64,000 nt of DNA from contig NC_043015.1 of assembly GCF_006345805.1 (NCBI RefSeq), positions 10,850,001 through 10,914,000 on the forward strand, in the 5' to 3' direction. The translations under genes were made by a program, and so were the position numbers. The notes under the pieces are model-generated. The model saw only the letters and a program-made list of their open reading frames with translations. It was not told where the DNA came from and did no database searches. Source of the stretch: Octopus sinensis (Eukaryota). Every line of letters begins with the position of its first letter. Within the stretch, counting starts at the first letter, position 1. This document shows positions 26,466-39,752 of the stretch, one piece after another.

Positions 26466-26870
26466 TGGCTGTGTGGTAAGTAGCTTGCTAACCAACCACA
26501 TGGTTCCGGGTTCAGTCCCACTGCGTTGCATCTTGGGCAAGTGTCTTCTGCTATAGCCCCGGGCCGACCAATGCCTTGTGAGTGGATTTGGTAGACGGAA
26601 ACTGAAAGAAGCCTGTCGTATATATGTATATATATATATGTGTGTGTGTATGTTTGTGTGTCTGTGTTTGTCCCCCTAGCATTGCTTGACAACCGATGCT
26701 GGTGTGTTTACGTCCCCGTCACTTAGCGGTTCGGCAAAAGAGACCGATAGAATAAGTACTGGGCTTACAAAGAATAAGTCCCGGGGTCGATTTGCTCGAC
26801 TAAAGGCGGTGCTCCAGCATGGCCGCAGTCAAATGACTGAAACAAGTAAAAGAGTAAAGAGTAAAGAGTA
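26466..26870 (+). mobile_element. tRNA-derived octopus-type SINE, near full length
   Basis: TGGCTGTGTGGTAAG...GGTTCAGTCCC head. Tail GGCGGTGCTCCAGCATGGCCGCAG followed by GTAAAGA repeats. Confidence 0.9.
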
Positions 26871-27590
26871 TATCAGCTTAATTATATTACTAGCACCTGT
26901 TTAAATAATCAACGTATATTCTAACCAGCACCGTGTACGTCAGTTTAGTGTGGCTTGAGACGAAAATACGTTCGGTATAGATGAGATTCTTCAACCTAGA
27001 ATTCCAAAATTGATATATTTCTCTAAACAGCTTTCAATATTTTTCATATTTTCTAATTCCCTAGATGTATTTAAGTCGTTTGTCTACTTTCTATGATTTC
27101 TCTAAATGAATTTAAATCTTTATCGACTTTAATAATTTCAATTACATAGCAACATATATTTTCATGAGATTTCATATAGTCGGTATAAACAACAACCTAC
27201 ATATTCCATACATTTGTAAAATGTATTTTGCTGTGATTTCCTCTTCTCAGAATACGGGATATTCACTTAATTCAGAAAAAAAGTTGATGTTAATTTTGAA
27301 TTTGATCTGTTCCATTTCGTTTAGCATTTAATATTCATTATGGACTTCAAAGCGATGATTAAAAGATTTCGTACGTAGCACCAAAAAATATCAACACATC
27401 TAAAGCTTACACATTCGCACGCGATTCTACTTTTAAAGAATACGGTGCTAATTAATAATTCTAGTTCTTTCAGGCTAACAGAGATAAATCGCATCGCACT
27501 TTGATATTTTTGATCATCTGTGTCAGTAATCAAGGATGTAATATATGCATGTATTCATATTCGTAAACACACACATAAACATACATACAA

Positions 27591-27739
<149 letters not shown>

Positions 27740-27833
27740 TATAGATATATATACATACATATATATATATATATTTATACAGGTATATATGTGTATATAT
27801 CTATGTGTGTGTATGTGTGTGTGTATATATATA

Positions 27834-27984
27834 AATGCTTACCGGTAAGTTACTCCGTCTCCGTTTATTTCGTCTTGTTCCTTTGTGTTGAAGAGCGTAG
27901 GCTCGAAACGTAAAAGACTTTGTAACATTCGCGAGTGTCAAACCAATACACCTGCCTGTTGTTTATGTACCTGTCTCCGTCTTT

Positions 27985-27987
<3 letters not shown>
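27834..27987 (+). mobile_element. Short pLTR-like fragment between (TA)n with a degenerate minimal hammerhead
   Basis: cttt GTGTTGA a-gagc-gtag-gctc GAAAC GTA aaag (27881-27916). Stems I and II pair, but the CUGANGA box has two substitutions. Confidence 0.45.
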
Positions 27988-28020
<33 letters not shown>

Positions 28021-28339
28021 TTGAGATTCGGATGAATTACGGACTTAAGTTGAGGCAACAAAAATTAGTGCGGTATTGTCCGTACGATATCAGTGTATGA
28101 TAAATATAATCAAAATAAGTGAAAAGAGAACGGACTTTGTCTTCTTACCCTGTTATATGATTTAAGCAAAATTATACAAATGTGTCCGAACGACAAAATT
28201 AATTGAATTTAATTATTTAATAATGCACCTGAGAATAGCTCTGCGTTTAAATTGATGCAATACTTGTAGTGCTTAATTAAATGGAGCCTCTTCAAACAGT
28301 CGTACTGCATCACCGCTGGTTATCATGTTGCTTATTTTG

Positions 28340-28416
<77 letters not shown>

Positions 28417-28664
28417 CAGACAGACAGACAGACAGAGGTATAGATATACCAATAGATACATACATACATATATATATTGATATATATATAATAAATAATA
28501 CACACATGTGCATCCAAACCTACAGCACACACATGCAGATATACATATGTGCATGCATATGTTTATATACATATACACACGCACACACACACACATATAT
28601 ACATACATATACAGAAAAAGAGCGAGATATAAAGTTACATGTATACATTTATACGTACATGTCT

Positions 28665-29224
28665 TCGTACCACTCTATGTCACGCTGGTGAGACCCATAT
28701 TGGAGTATGGGATTCAAGCCTCTTCTCCTTATCTCCTCAAAGACATACAGCATCTCGAAAGAGTCCAGAGGCTGGCTACTCGCATGGTTCATAGTCTCAA
28801 AAATTTGTCCTACGAAGAAAGGCTGAGGACGCTCGACCTTTATTCTCTTGAAAAACGCCGCCGCCGTGGTGATCTCATTCTCGCCCACAACATCATAAGC
28901 GGGAAGTGTAACCTCTCGAAGGAGCTGTTCTTCACTCCTGTTCCGGAGCGTCGGCTGCGGGGTCATTCCGAAAAGCTCTACCTGCGACGATTTCATCTAA
29001 ATCGAAGGAGAGGAGCTTTCTCCGTCCGGGTTGCGGATCCGTGGAACAAGCTGCCAGACGAGATGGTGAAGATGCCGACGACCGCTTTGTTCAAAGCCTC
29101 CCTGGACCTCAAGTGGCCTGAACTTTTTACATGAACACCACCCTGTACTTAACTCCATGTCCCCCTACATGGCCTTGCTATTTGCTTTTGAGCCAAATTA
29201 ACTAACTAACTAACTAACTAACTA
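28665..29224 (+). mobile_element. 5'-truncated CR1-clade LINE 3' end, open frame, (CTAA)n tail
   Basis: LYVTLVRPILEYG...LERVQRLATRMV...LSYEERL..LDLYSLEKRR.RGDLI...RGHSEKL...FSVRV...WNKLP. Tail (CTAA)n at ~29198-29224. Confidence 0.92.
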
Positions 29225-29746
29225 GCTGCTGTTCTTCCTCGGTTTCAAATTTTTCAATGTCCACCAGAGTGTTCTTCTTTAATCATGTCATTCATTGATG
29301 AATGTGAACGGCAATCCGAAAATAGCAAATACTGAAACTTAGATAATAATGAGAGTGTTGATTTTTTGTTGCCGCTTCCTTCTTCCATAGTTTCCTTGAA
29401 ATGAAACAAAAAAATCCATTAAAATTTACAGAACGAAGCAATAGATCTCTTAATTACTCTGACAGTGGGAATGCATTTGAAAGACCAATTTCTAATTCTG
29501 ACCCGGATGTTATCGAAGTCCACCGAGTCCCAAAGTACTTTTTAAAATGTTGTTATATTACAGTGCACAAAAGAGTCAGAAAACGTTTGGGATTTTATTG
29601 TGGAATGCTATTAATGCAAGTTGTGGCGACAATACCAAAAATCTGTACAATGTTTCCAGCTATCTGCGAAAGTAAATGTGTATTTTTAGCTCGATGTGTG
29701 CAATCAACATAATGCTTCACAAAATACATTTTCATTCCTTGGAGAA

Positions 29747-30541
29747 GCATTCTTGAGAACTTTATCCATGTTTTCGGATTTTCATCACATAGTACACATA
29801 TTATATTGAATGTATTAGCAAATATAGAAAACGCAACGAGTGCAGTGATTTGAAAAAAATACATTTCGTTAACATTCGATGAAAATGTAAATGAAATATC
29901 TTCAAAATGTTAATCAAAATATCTTCTTCTCTTCCCTCCCTTAACGCCTTCAACAATGATCATCATTAGTCGACTTAGAATAACCGTAAACTTTAAGATG
30001 GACTGTGGAATGCCAGGATCGAACAGTTTGTGCCCAATCATAATGGTATTAACAGCTAAGCATTCTGAATTTACTTGAATCTGGAAATTATAGTCTTGTT
30101 CTTCCATACTAGTGTTTATATATCTTCTTGACAGCAAATTCAACGTTACTGAACATTGAACATACATTATATATATATAATAACACTAGTATGGAAGAAC
30201 AAGACTATAATTTCCAGATTCAAGCAAATTCAGAATGCTTAGCTGTTAATACCATTATGATTGGGCACAAACTGTTCGACCCTGGCATTCCACAGTCCAT
30301 CTTAAAGTTTACGGTTATTCTAAGTCGACTAATGATGATCATTGTTGAAGGCGTTAAGGAACTGAAGAGAAAATATATTTTGATTAACGTTTCATTTACT
30401 TTTTTATCGAAAGTTGACGAAATGTATCTTTTTCAAATCACTGCACTCATTGCACTTTCTACATTTGCTAATACATTCATTATAATATATGTATTACGTG
30501 ATGAAAATCCGAAAACATGGATAAAGTTATCATGAACGCAT
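29747..30541. repeat. ~0.8-kb inverted duplication (arms ~370 bp, ~60-bp spacer), possibly of a decayed DNA-transposon segment
   Basis: 29747-30120 is the reverse complement of 30180-30541. The mirrored ORFs 29910-30167(-) and 30128-30535(+) share a peptide. Confidence 0.88.
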
Positions 30542-33500
30542 TGCTACGTTCAGTTCACTGTGTACACATGTTAAATGCAAGATTATATATCCTCGCCACA
30601 CAAAAACACATCGCTATGTCTCACATTTTTTTTCTTTTTTCACTTTTTTTTTATTCATTGCTTAGAAATTAATCAGGACATTTTACTGATGGTAATAAGC
30701 TTATAGGAAATCATGGAAATCCACATTAAAATACAGACAGCAAAGAAGTATTGTCCCTTTCCTTTCAGGTGTCAATAAGTACAAACTACCATTGTTTACA
30801 TGGTTCATTTGTGACCTTCCCATCCATTCATACATGTTTTATCGCAGAATATGTCAAACTAAATGGCACCGACGTTCTCGGTTTTGAGATATTTGGCTTG
30901 TATTTCTAGCAGGTCTGATGGCAAAGTCTCTTCGTTGACAAGTTTACCGATGTTTTTAATGGTATAAGTTGTTGATGTTTAGGCGCAAAGAAAGTCTGCC
31001 TAAGCAAATAGATAATGATGAAAGATTTTTCATGCATGGTCACCTAATCATAATTTCAGTCACTATATCGCTGTCAATGCTATGCAAAATGTCATCTCAG
31101 TTTTTATGATGCCATGTTGCGATGCCAGACGAAAGATATTGTGATTATCTAACTACTCATGTCAACTAACTACTTATTTAGAATGTTACCCGAACTAGAC
31201 TGAGGTCGAACTAATCGATCGTAGACAGCTCTTAAAATTTGGTCTCATTTTAAATATAAATGTTCAGTATGATTCTGCGCTTTATGGACTCATATAAAGT
31301 CGGTCCGCTCCACAGAACTGTGTTGCCATTAATTGAACAATATACAGATCAGACCGTTTTGTAATCAAGTAAAGATTACCCCACGGTTAGATTTAAGCAG
31401 AAATAGCTTTTTATGAAGACTATTTATTTTGATATGTCGTTTATAGCATTTCCTATAATTATATAATTGAACGATAATGTTTTCCACTTGAACAGTTTAG
31501 GAAATGCAGAGAGTATTAATTTTAAATCTTGGCCAAATCCAAGCAGATAATTGAGTAATGAAGTAAAATTTGTATAAGATAAGAGAATTCTTTATAACAG
31601 CAAATAATTACAGTCTTAGTTTGCGAATGTGAATAGAAAGGTTTGAGGCTTGACTGCAGCTCTTTCTAAGTCATTTTATTAATAAAAGAAATTGATTTGT
31701 TAGACTAGAGTTTATTGAGAATGTAATGGAGTTGCGCTTTTGTGTGCATTTGAATAGGATTTGGCATAGCCTCTAAGCACATTGTGTAATGTAGAGGCAA
31801 ACATATGAGAAATACTACGTTAGCAATGAACAATGCCCACAGATAAACAGAAAGACACGCGTAAGTGTTTCATATAAATATAAATGCGCAAACTATATTC
31901 TACAATGGAGCACATAATGAATAGCTATATCAATAGGTAGAATATTTAACACATTAAAATATTAATGAAATAAATGCAATATCTGTGAAAGATTAACGAG
32001 GAACAACTCTCATCAATATACATTTCTTTTCTGCTTTCCTGTTTGCAAACTTTATATGATATTCGCCTCTAATATATAGATTCGGTACAAGGGTTAGTTA
32101 AAGTATTTAGTCAGCACCAACGATAAGTTTATTTGAATAGTAAGGAAAATATTCTAAAATGTATGCCATATTCAGTAATGAACAGATATGATCGGAGCGT
32201 ATCCCTCCCAATTCCCCATTACCCCCACGTACTAAAAATGTAATGAGAATTGCTGTTAAATCACTATTAGATTTAGAATACTAACCTTTGGTATTTATTT
32301 ACCGGAACAGCACGAATGCAAGCAACACAACTCAATAGAATTACACATGCAATTTACTTTTCTTATGTTGATTCTCTCTATAAGCGTTTAAGTTTAAAAA
32401 ATATGTTGAGAAAAGAAATAGGTGATATACTTTATTCAATTTAATTGCTGCCTTTAGGTATGATACGAAAATCGCTGAATAAAATTATGAAAATAAATAT
32501 TATATATGTTTGATTTTGATAGAGTTGTAGACAGATAGATTTATAGACAGATTCCTGAGGTTCCTTAACTGCGGAAATATTGTAAATTAATCATAAATAT
32601 CAGCGTTCTTTATACAGGATAGTATAACCAGTATTGAGCAAAAAAAAAGCATTCGCGTTCATTTATTATTATTATATTATTATTATTATTATTATTATTA
32701 TATTATTATTATTATTATTAGTTCATTTTAGACCACTTTCAGCGATGTTCATAATATGTACCACCTATTATATAAATAAACCCTCTGCGACTAAAATGAT
32801 AACATGCAAGTCCTAACTGATGAAACGTCTTCCTTAAAAACCGTCAGTTCAAAATCAACATCAGGCTACATAATGGAAGAGTGTCAACGAATTTTGACAA
32901 CGAATTTTGTGGGAGAGGATATCGAAAACTTAACCGCTGAACAAGTGTGCCGTAAGACTACTTCAGAAGTGATTATCTCCTATTTCTCATAACATATGTC
33001 TGTATAAGTGTAGATAAGATTCTTTGATATCTACGTTGGCGATTTCTCAGCAGTATTCTACTGTCAAATTGATGCTGACGAGCCCCAGGTGAGTGAAACA
33101 TGTAACAGAGATATTTACGTCGCTATAGACACTATTCCCGGCAGCATCTTGCAGTTGAGATGAAGTAAAGACGTCCGTGGTTTCTCTTTTCATTGGATAA
33201 GTCTCTTACAAAGGACAAAATAACCCGAGGTAAAGTGCCTCAACAACACCAGTATTAATATTCATTGCGTAATTAAATTTATCTGCAATGCAGATCACGG
33301 ATGTATATCTTACGTGTGATCATTGACAATTCAGCTTCCGGAGTAAACGTAGGCTTACGTCCAGAAATTATCGCCAGTTCCATAGTCTCTCCGTTTAAGA
33401 AAGAGCCTCGTACGTGAACAATAAACGGTAACAGCCACAATTCTTTAATCATCAGCGCAGCTGCATCTTCCGTTGTTCCTCTTGTCTGAGAAGAAGAGTT

Positions 33501-36023
33501 ATCAGGAGATCAGAAAGTGTAGCTGTGCACGTATAATATCCAGTTCAATGAATGATGTTGAACAATTTGCACTACATTGTCTCAGATCGAAACGTTTGAG
33601 GTATAAAATCAGTATAGAGTGATTATTCAGAATCTTATTTGATCTTCGAGAATACGGAAGACCCGTCTAACTTACTGAATATGATTTCCCTTTTTCTTAT
33701 GAGGAAAGCATATGACATACACTTGCTCATATACTGACACGCACACGCACCTTCGTTTTGGGGGGCCCCAAGTCTATTATTTCCTCTTCTTTCAACCTCT
33801 CCCGTCAGATCTGGTTTTTTTCCAACCGGAATGCGTGTGATGTGTGTATATGGATTCAAATGAGACAACAAAGCCAAGGCTGTGTGGAATATATAGGACA
33901 TTTATAAAGAGAAAGGTAGTTTTACTTTTCTCTTTCTGGGATATTAGGGAGATCTCTTCATCAGAGACGACATGAGAGTTATTTTGGAAAAGAATGGATA
34001 TAGGAATTATAAAGGTAAATAAGAGAATAAAAAATATCAGTAATGATATATGTAGGATATTATAGTTGCAGTTACATTATCCAAGGAAAGTGCTGTATAA
34101 AATTGCTAGAAATGTTTCTTCTCCATGGTATGTAGATTCCGATAGGAGTTCATATTTTGTTATTATAAGTGGATATTGTGGGGACATAAATTCCATGCGC
34201 TGATCATTCAAAGTGGTCTTGTGGTGTAAATGAAATTTTGAGATCGTACTAGTGGAGTAGTAGTAGATAGAGAGAAGAAAATATATAAGTATTTTAGGAG
34301 GCGAATGGTATTAGTCAAAAGGAATAGGGAAGGAAAGAAGAAAGAAAGAAAGAAAGAAAGAGAGAAGGAAAGAAAGAGAGAGAAAAATCTTTAAAAGGAG
34401 TGTTAGATGGTGGTCAATATATCGTGAGGGGGATGGAAGAGGAGAACTATCAAGATAAAAGGAATAGGGGAGGGCTAGGAGGAATAGATGAGAATGTAAG
34501 TAAGGGGTATGTGTGAGAAGTGGAATATTCTAGGAATAACGGAGGCACTGAATCACTAATGTGTCAATTATATCGTAATCTCTTTCTGAGTAATCTGAAA
34601 AATGTGTTCCTGTGCACATTAAATCTGCACAAGAATGAGATTATCTCGCCTGAAACGCTAAACAATTTTTCTATAAGGATTAATATCGAGTTACACACAG
34701 ATGAGAGCGATAGTCACCTCAATGGGTAAGATAGATTTAACATCTTTATTTCCATTATACACGTTAATTATGTACTGCTACTCTGCATAATAATTTTCTA
34801 AGCATGCTAATGAGATAGTCGGTCCTTTACAGAATAGTTGGATGCAGATTATGATTACTAACAGCCTCTATTTGGGAAAGGATCTCCTAGATAGATCAAC
34901 CAAATATCCCTCAAATCCAATACTATCGGATTCAAAAATGACATTGAATAAAGTGTAGGACAATATACCTTGAGTTTGTTGTTACATCAGATGTCATTCG
35001 AGCTCTGCAGATTGTAAGTTGATAAGATATGAACAGCTGGTTCATATGAAATATATATGAAATAGCTTGTAGTGTGCCACATTATTACAGTATAATTTCT
35101 GCTTTATGCACACATGTTGCTTGATTTCTCAATGTTTATTCTTGTTGTTACTCACAGAAATATTTACATGTAGATACATTTAATGTCCTTCTGTATAATG
35201 ATCTCGCTTGGAACACCTCTTACTTTTTTTCGGAAATTCTCTCTTATAGAGCTTTCAAATACTTTGCTTTATATTTATTATATTCTAAATGCCATTGATA
35301 AATACCACTCAATAATGTTGCATTGTAATTTTCTGTTGTTTAGAGGGGATTGTTTTCCTTGTTCTGAACTTCTAGTACTTCATCCTACTATCATAAAACG
35401 ACTTACCGTTAATTCAATATATTAAATCATTTAAAATGGAGATCAGCTTTTCTTCGGTTATCTGCAAATGTACTACTTATAAATTATTATTCCTTTTGAA
35501 CAGGAAATTTTCTCCTGTCATAGTTAAACAAAGAGGTTTATGAAGTAGATTCATATTATACACAAATTAATTATATTTGAACTTATTGGAATTTCATTCT
35601 TGTGTTTTCTTTCCTCTTCGTCCAAAATGAGGATTGACAATTAGGAACTTAAATAAGAATGCATTAAATAAAGACTCTGTTATTCATACCACATCTTTGA
35701 ATCAATTTATATAGATATATAAAAATTTAGAATAGTGTTTCCTAAATTCGGCAAACAATTAAACAAATGTACCGAGTAGTACTAAGAATACATTGCTTGG
35801 ATGAAAATAAGGATATTCGACTCATGTGATGTGTGAATGTAGAAAATGACAAAAGCTAGAAATTCCTAATTTTAGAGTGTTCTGCGTGGATCAAAATGGT
35901 AAACAAACTTTGGTGTATCTGAGAGAGTTCAACGGTCCAACATGGTGATATGATTGGAAAAAAAAGAGGCTTAATGAAAGGGAGATGATAACAATAACAA
36001 TAATAAAAATAATAATGATGATG

Positions 36024-36050
<27 letters not shown>

Positions 36051-36054
<4 letters not shown>

Positions 36055-36190
36055 CCACAATTGGACTGGCCAAATATCTCGAAATATCGAATGACTGGAT
36101 GCTAAAGCTCGTGGAAAATCACGAGAGACGAAAGAAGCTTCATTCTATCATAAAGGAAAGCAAAAAATTTTCTATTGACATGGGGACATG
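36051..36190 (+). mobile_element. Short internal R4/Dong-like LINE fragment adjoining (TAA)n
   Basis: TTIGLAKYLEISNDWMLKLVENHERRKKLHSIIKESKKF resembles the post-RT region of R4/Dong ORFs. It begins directly after (ATA)n. Confidence 0.5.
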
Positions 36191-36523
36191 TCTTATTGGG
36201 CTGTCAATTAAATCTTGTTTACTTATAACATTGTTAGCATTATTTTTCACCACAGTTCAAGAATACCAAATTAGGTGATATCGAAAATATATCGGTATCG
36301 AAATAAGGCAGGTCATTTTTCTTCAATTCTTTTATTCTTGTGCTCTGATATATTATTATCCATGAGAATATGCTGGGAAGCCACAAATAAGATATATTTG
36401 ATATTAAGAAGATTGCTTAAAAGGCACAATCAAATGTGAATTCCTGGATAGGGTGGAGAACTAAACGTTTATTGATAAGGCACATTTGGATGTAAAACAA
36501 ATACATGTTCCAATATGATTATT

Positions 36524-37712
36524 TACAGTATGCGATGGTTGAATAGGCGCCATTTTATATTTTTCTTTTCTCACATATTTGCTTTATATATTATCGACTA
36601 CACGTTTGCTTTATATATTGTCGACTACACATTATAGTAGGGCCAGTTGGACACTGTCCGTGATAAAAACAGCAACATGAAGCAATTCACTCAGCCAGAA
36701 AATCGGAAACGACATATTGTACTGCTTGGCATTCGCGCCAGTAGCTCCAATACAAACGTTTCAGAGTGTTTGTGTGTTAATCCGAGGACTTTGCTGAGGA
36801 TTTGGAAAGAGTTTAATTAGTCTAATGATGATTACGAAGGTACAGCAGCTCGGAAAGCTCGCTCTGATAGTTCGGATAAGAAAAGATCTCCCGAATATGT
36901 TAGTGAGATCCAGGCCATGATTGAGAATGAACCCTTCAAGACAATATGGTCCATCTTCAGGGGCATGGGAGTATCTAAGTTTCTTATCAGGCAGGTAGTA
37001 CATGAAGACATTCAGTATTCCCCATACAAGTTGAGAAAGGACCCCAAGTAATCAAGGACAAGTGGAAAGACCTCGCTATGAATGTTTTGAACAAACTCGT
37101 GTATGCCCTCCAGCCGTAATCCCCAAACATGTACCGACTATGATAAAAATCAAACAATCAGTCAGCACTAGTGATGGCGATGTTATGCCTCCATTCATCT
37201 TCCCACACGGCCCGACTCTCAACATATCATATACCCGGAGGAGTTAGTGCTGCTCTGAGTGAAGGGGGAGGCTGCTGGAAGGCCATATGTCGGACAACAT
37301 GACTCTGTACCATGCCACACTTAGCAGAAGAACCTAGTCATGTCTGTCAGAATATTTCTGCGACCACATCACCCCTAACATCTGCCTAACTAATACCTAG
37401 ACTGCAACTACTTTGATTATTATGTGTTTGGCGCAGTTGAGCGAGAAACGAACAAAACTGCTTGTTACACCAAAGTTGAACTGAAGACAGTGATTCACCA
37501 ACTTAACCAAAGTGACCGTTCAGAAGAGTTGTAGTGGATTACGAAGTCATCTGGAGGCCCTGGTTGAAGCCGATGGTGATTTTATTGATTAAATACACTC
37601 TGTATCATTTCAAGATATTGATATGTAATTCTGGTAAATATATTGTGAGAATAAGGTGTCAGTGTTATTCTCATTTTTGGGTAATTTGACAATTTATTCA
37701 CCCCAACCTGTA
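36524..37712 (+). mobile_element. Decayed Tc1/maT (DD37D-like) DNA transposon
   Basis: Remnants VSTSDGDVMPPFIFPHG, QHDSVPCHT, ITPNI(W)...DCNYFDYYVFGAVERETNK. Ends TACAG...CTGTA. Confidence 0.75.
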
Positions 37713-37882
37713 TATCCATATTAGTACATCTCTACATCCATGTTTGCTAGAGGCATGCATTCATATATATATATATATATAATATATATATATATATATA
37801 ATATATATATATATTTATATATGTGTGTGTGTGTATGTATGTATATAGATATATAGATAGATAGACAGATAGATATAGATAA

Positions 37883-37913
<31 letters not shown>

Positions 37914-38001
37914 ACGCACACGAATGAAAATAGGGACCATAATTATCCGATAATATAGCGACGCACAATTCTTGAGACTGATGTCAGCTGCAGAACTTTT
38001 C

Positions 38002-39250
38002 GTTGTCCGGAAAGTTCGTGCCTATTTTTAAAGGAAAGTAAAAGGTCAATAAATACTTGTCATTACATTTTTTATCAACCAAATATGAACCATTTTGTTG
38101 CACAATGCGTCTCAATCCTTCTTTTAACTTGAAAATACCCTCTTCCCAGCATTCAGGTGTTTTCATGACAAAGAATTCTTCAAGGTCTTTTTTTACGTCA
38201 TCCAAGTAATTGAATTTTTTACCATTAAGACTATTCTGCAGAGACCTGAATGAGTGAAACCCCGAAGGAGCAATATTTGATGAATAGGGAGGGTGGGGTA
38301 ACATATCCCAGCCCAGCTACAGCAATTTTTGTCTGGTTCCCAAAGAAAACCAATACCTTTCCCGTTGGCCAGTTCTTGACGTTTCTCTTGAATTGCTGCG
38401 TTTAACTCGTACAGTTATGTGCAGTATTTATCAGAATTGTCTGGTTACTTGGAAGAAATTCATAGTACAGAATTGCTTTCCAATCCTACCAGTCACAAAG
38501 CAAGACATTTTTAGGGTGAAGACCCGCTTTTGGGGTGGCTAAGGGTGGCTCATGTCGCTTACTGCAGGTTAGCTTTCTCTGAACATTTCGATAGATAATC
38601 CATCTCTCATCACCTGATACAATTTGCTTTAAAAAAGGCGCATTTTCATTCCAATTATAAAGCGTATCACAGTTGGAAATGCGATCGAAAAAGTTCTTCT
38701 CACTCACCTCATGTGGCACCCAAACATCGTAGCGATTTGTGTACCCAAGCTTTACCCGGTGCTCATGAGCGACGGATTTTGATAGGTTGAGGCTTTATGC
38801 CAATTCTTGGATTGTGCAATGTGGGTTATTCTCAATTAATGACTTGATTTGATTATCATCTGTAGGGGATGGTCTGCCTGATCACTGTTTATCAATAAGG
38901 CTACAATATCCAGCTCGGAACCTTGCAAACCACTTCTGTACAGTTCTTTCGGCTAAAGAAACATCACTGTAAACTGTCCATATTTCTTTGGTTGCTTGTG
39001 AGGCATATTTCCTTTTCCGCAAAAGAAATGCATCAACTACTGAAAATGAAATTTCTTATCTTCCATTTTAAAAGGTTACAGAATTAATACAGGTTATAGG
39101 AACATAAAACTTCTTCCACGAAAAGATAGCTTAAACTGATCTCTAAATGGAAGTGTAGTCAAATCCTATTTTATGGACTCAAACATGTTCTAAAATAAGT
39201 CGAAATATAAGCCACTATATATCGGCATGAACTTTCCGGACAACCTAATA
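38002..39250 (-). mobile_element. Decayed mariner (DD34D) transposon with TIRs
   Basis: WVPHE, IVSGDERWIIY, LPHPPYSSNIAPS.FH.FRSLQNSL motifs. TIRs GTTGTCCGGAAAGTTC(G/A)TGCC at 38002 and inverted at ~39224-39244, TA at the right end. Confidence 0.92.
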
Positions 39251-39625
39251 TATTCATATATAGATGTGTGTGGGTGCGTATGCATTTATCTGTCTTTCTC
39301 TCTCTCTCTTTCCCTTTCTCTATCTCTATCTCAATATACATATATATATGTGCACATACATACATGTGTATGAGTGCATGTGTGTGTATATCATTTTAGG
39401 TGTAATTTTTTTACGTATGTATGTGAGTACTGGCGTGTGCCCTTTTTTGTGTATGAACTTATACATATATAGTGATGTTCAGATTAATAACAGATATCAT
39501 GCGTTATTGTCAGTAAGATTTTAGAAATTTGGGTTTACAAGGGCTTCTTATATCCTAATAGCAATGATAAGTTATTTCACAATACAATAGTATTTAAATA
39601 CGGTAGAGAAGTCGTACAACTGAAC

Positions 39626-39752
<127 letters not shown>

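Noticed and set aside
26466-26540. tRNA gene
   Set aside because: The A/B boxes belong to a SINE head that continues into the SINE body. There is no full cloverleaf.
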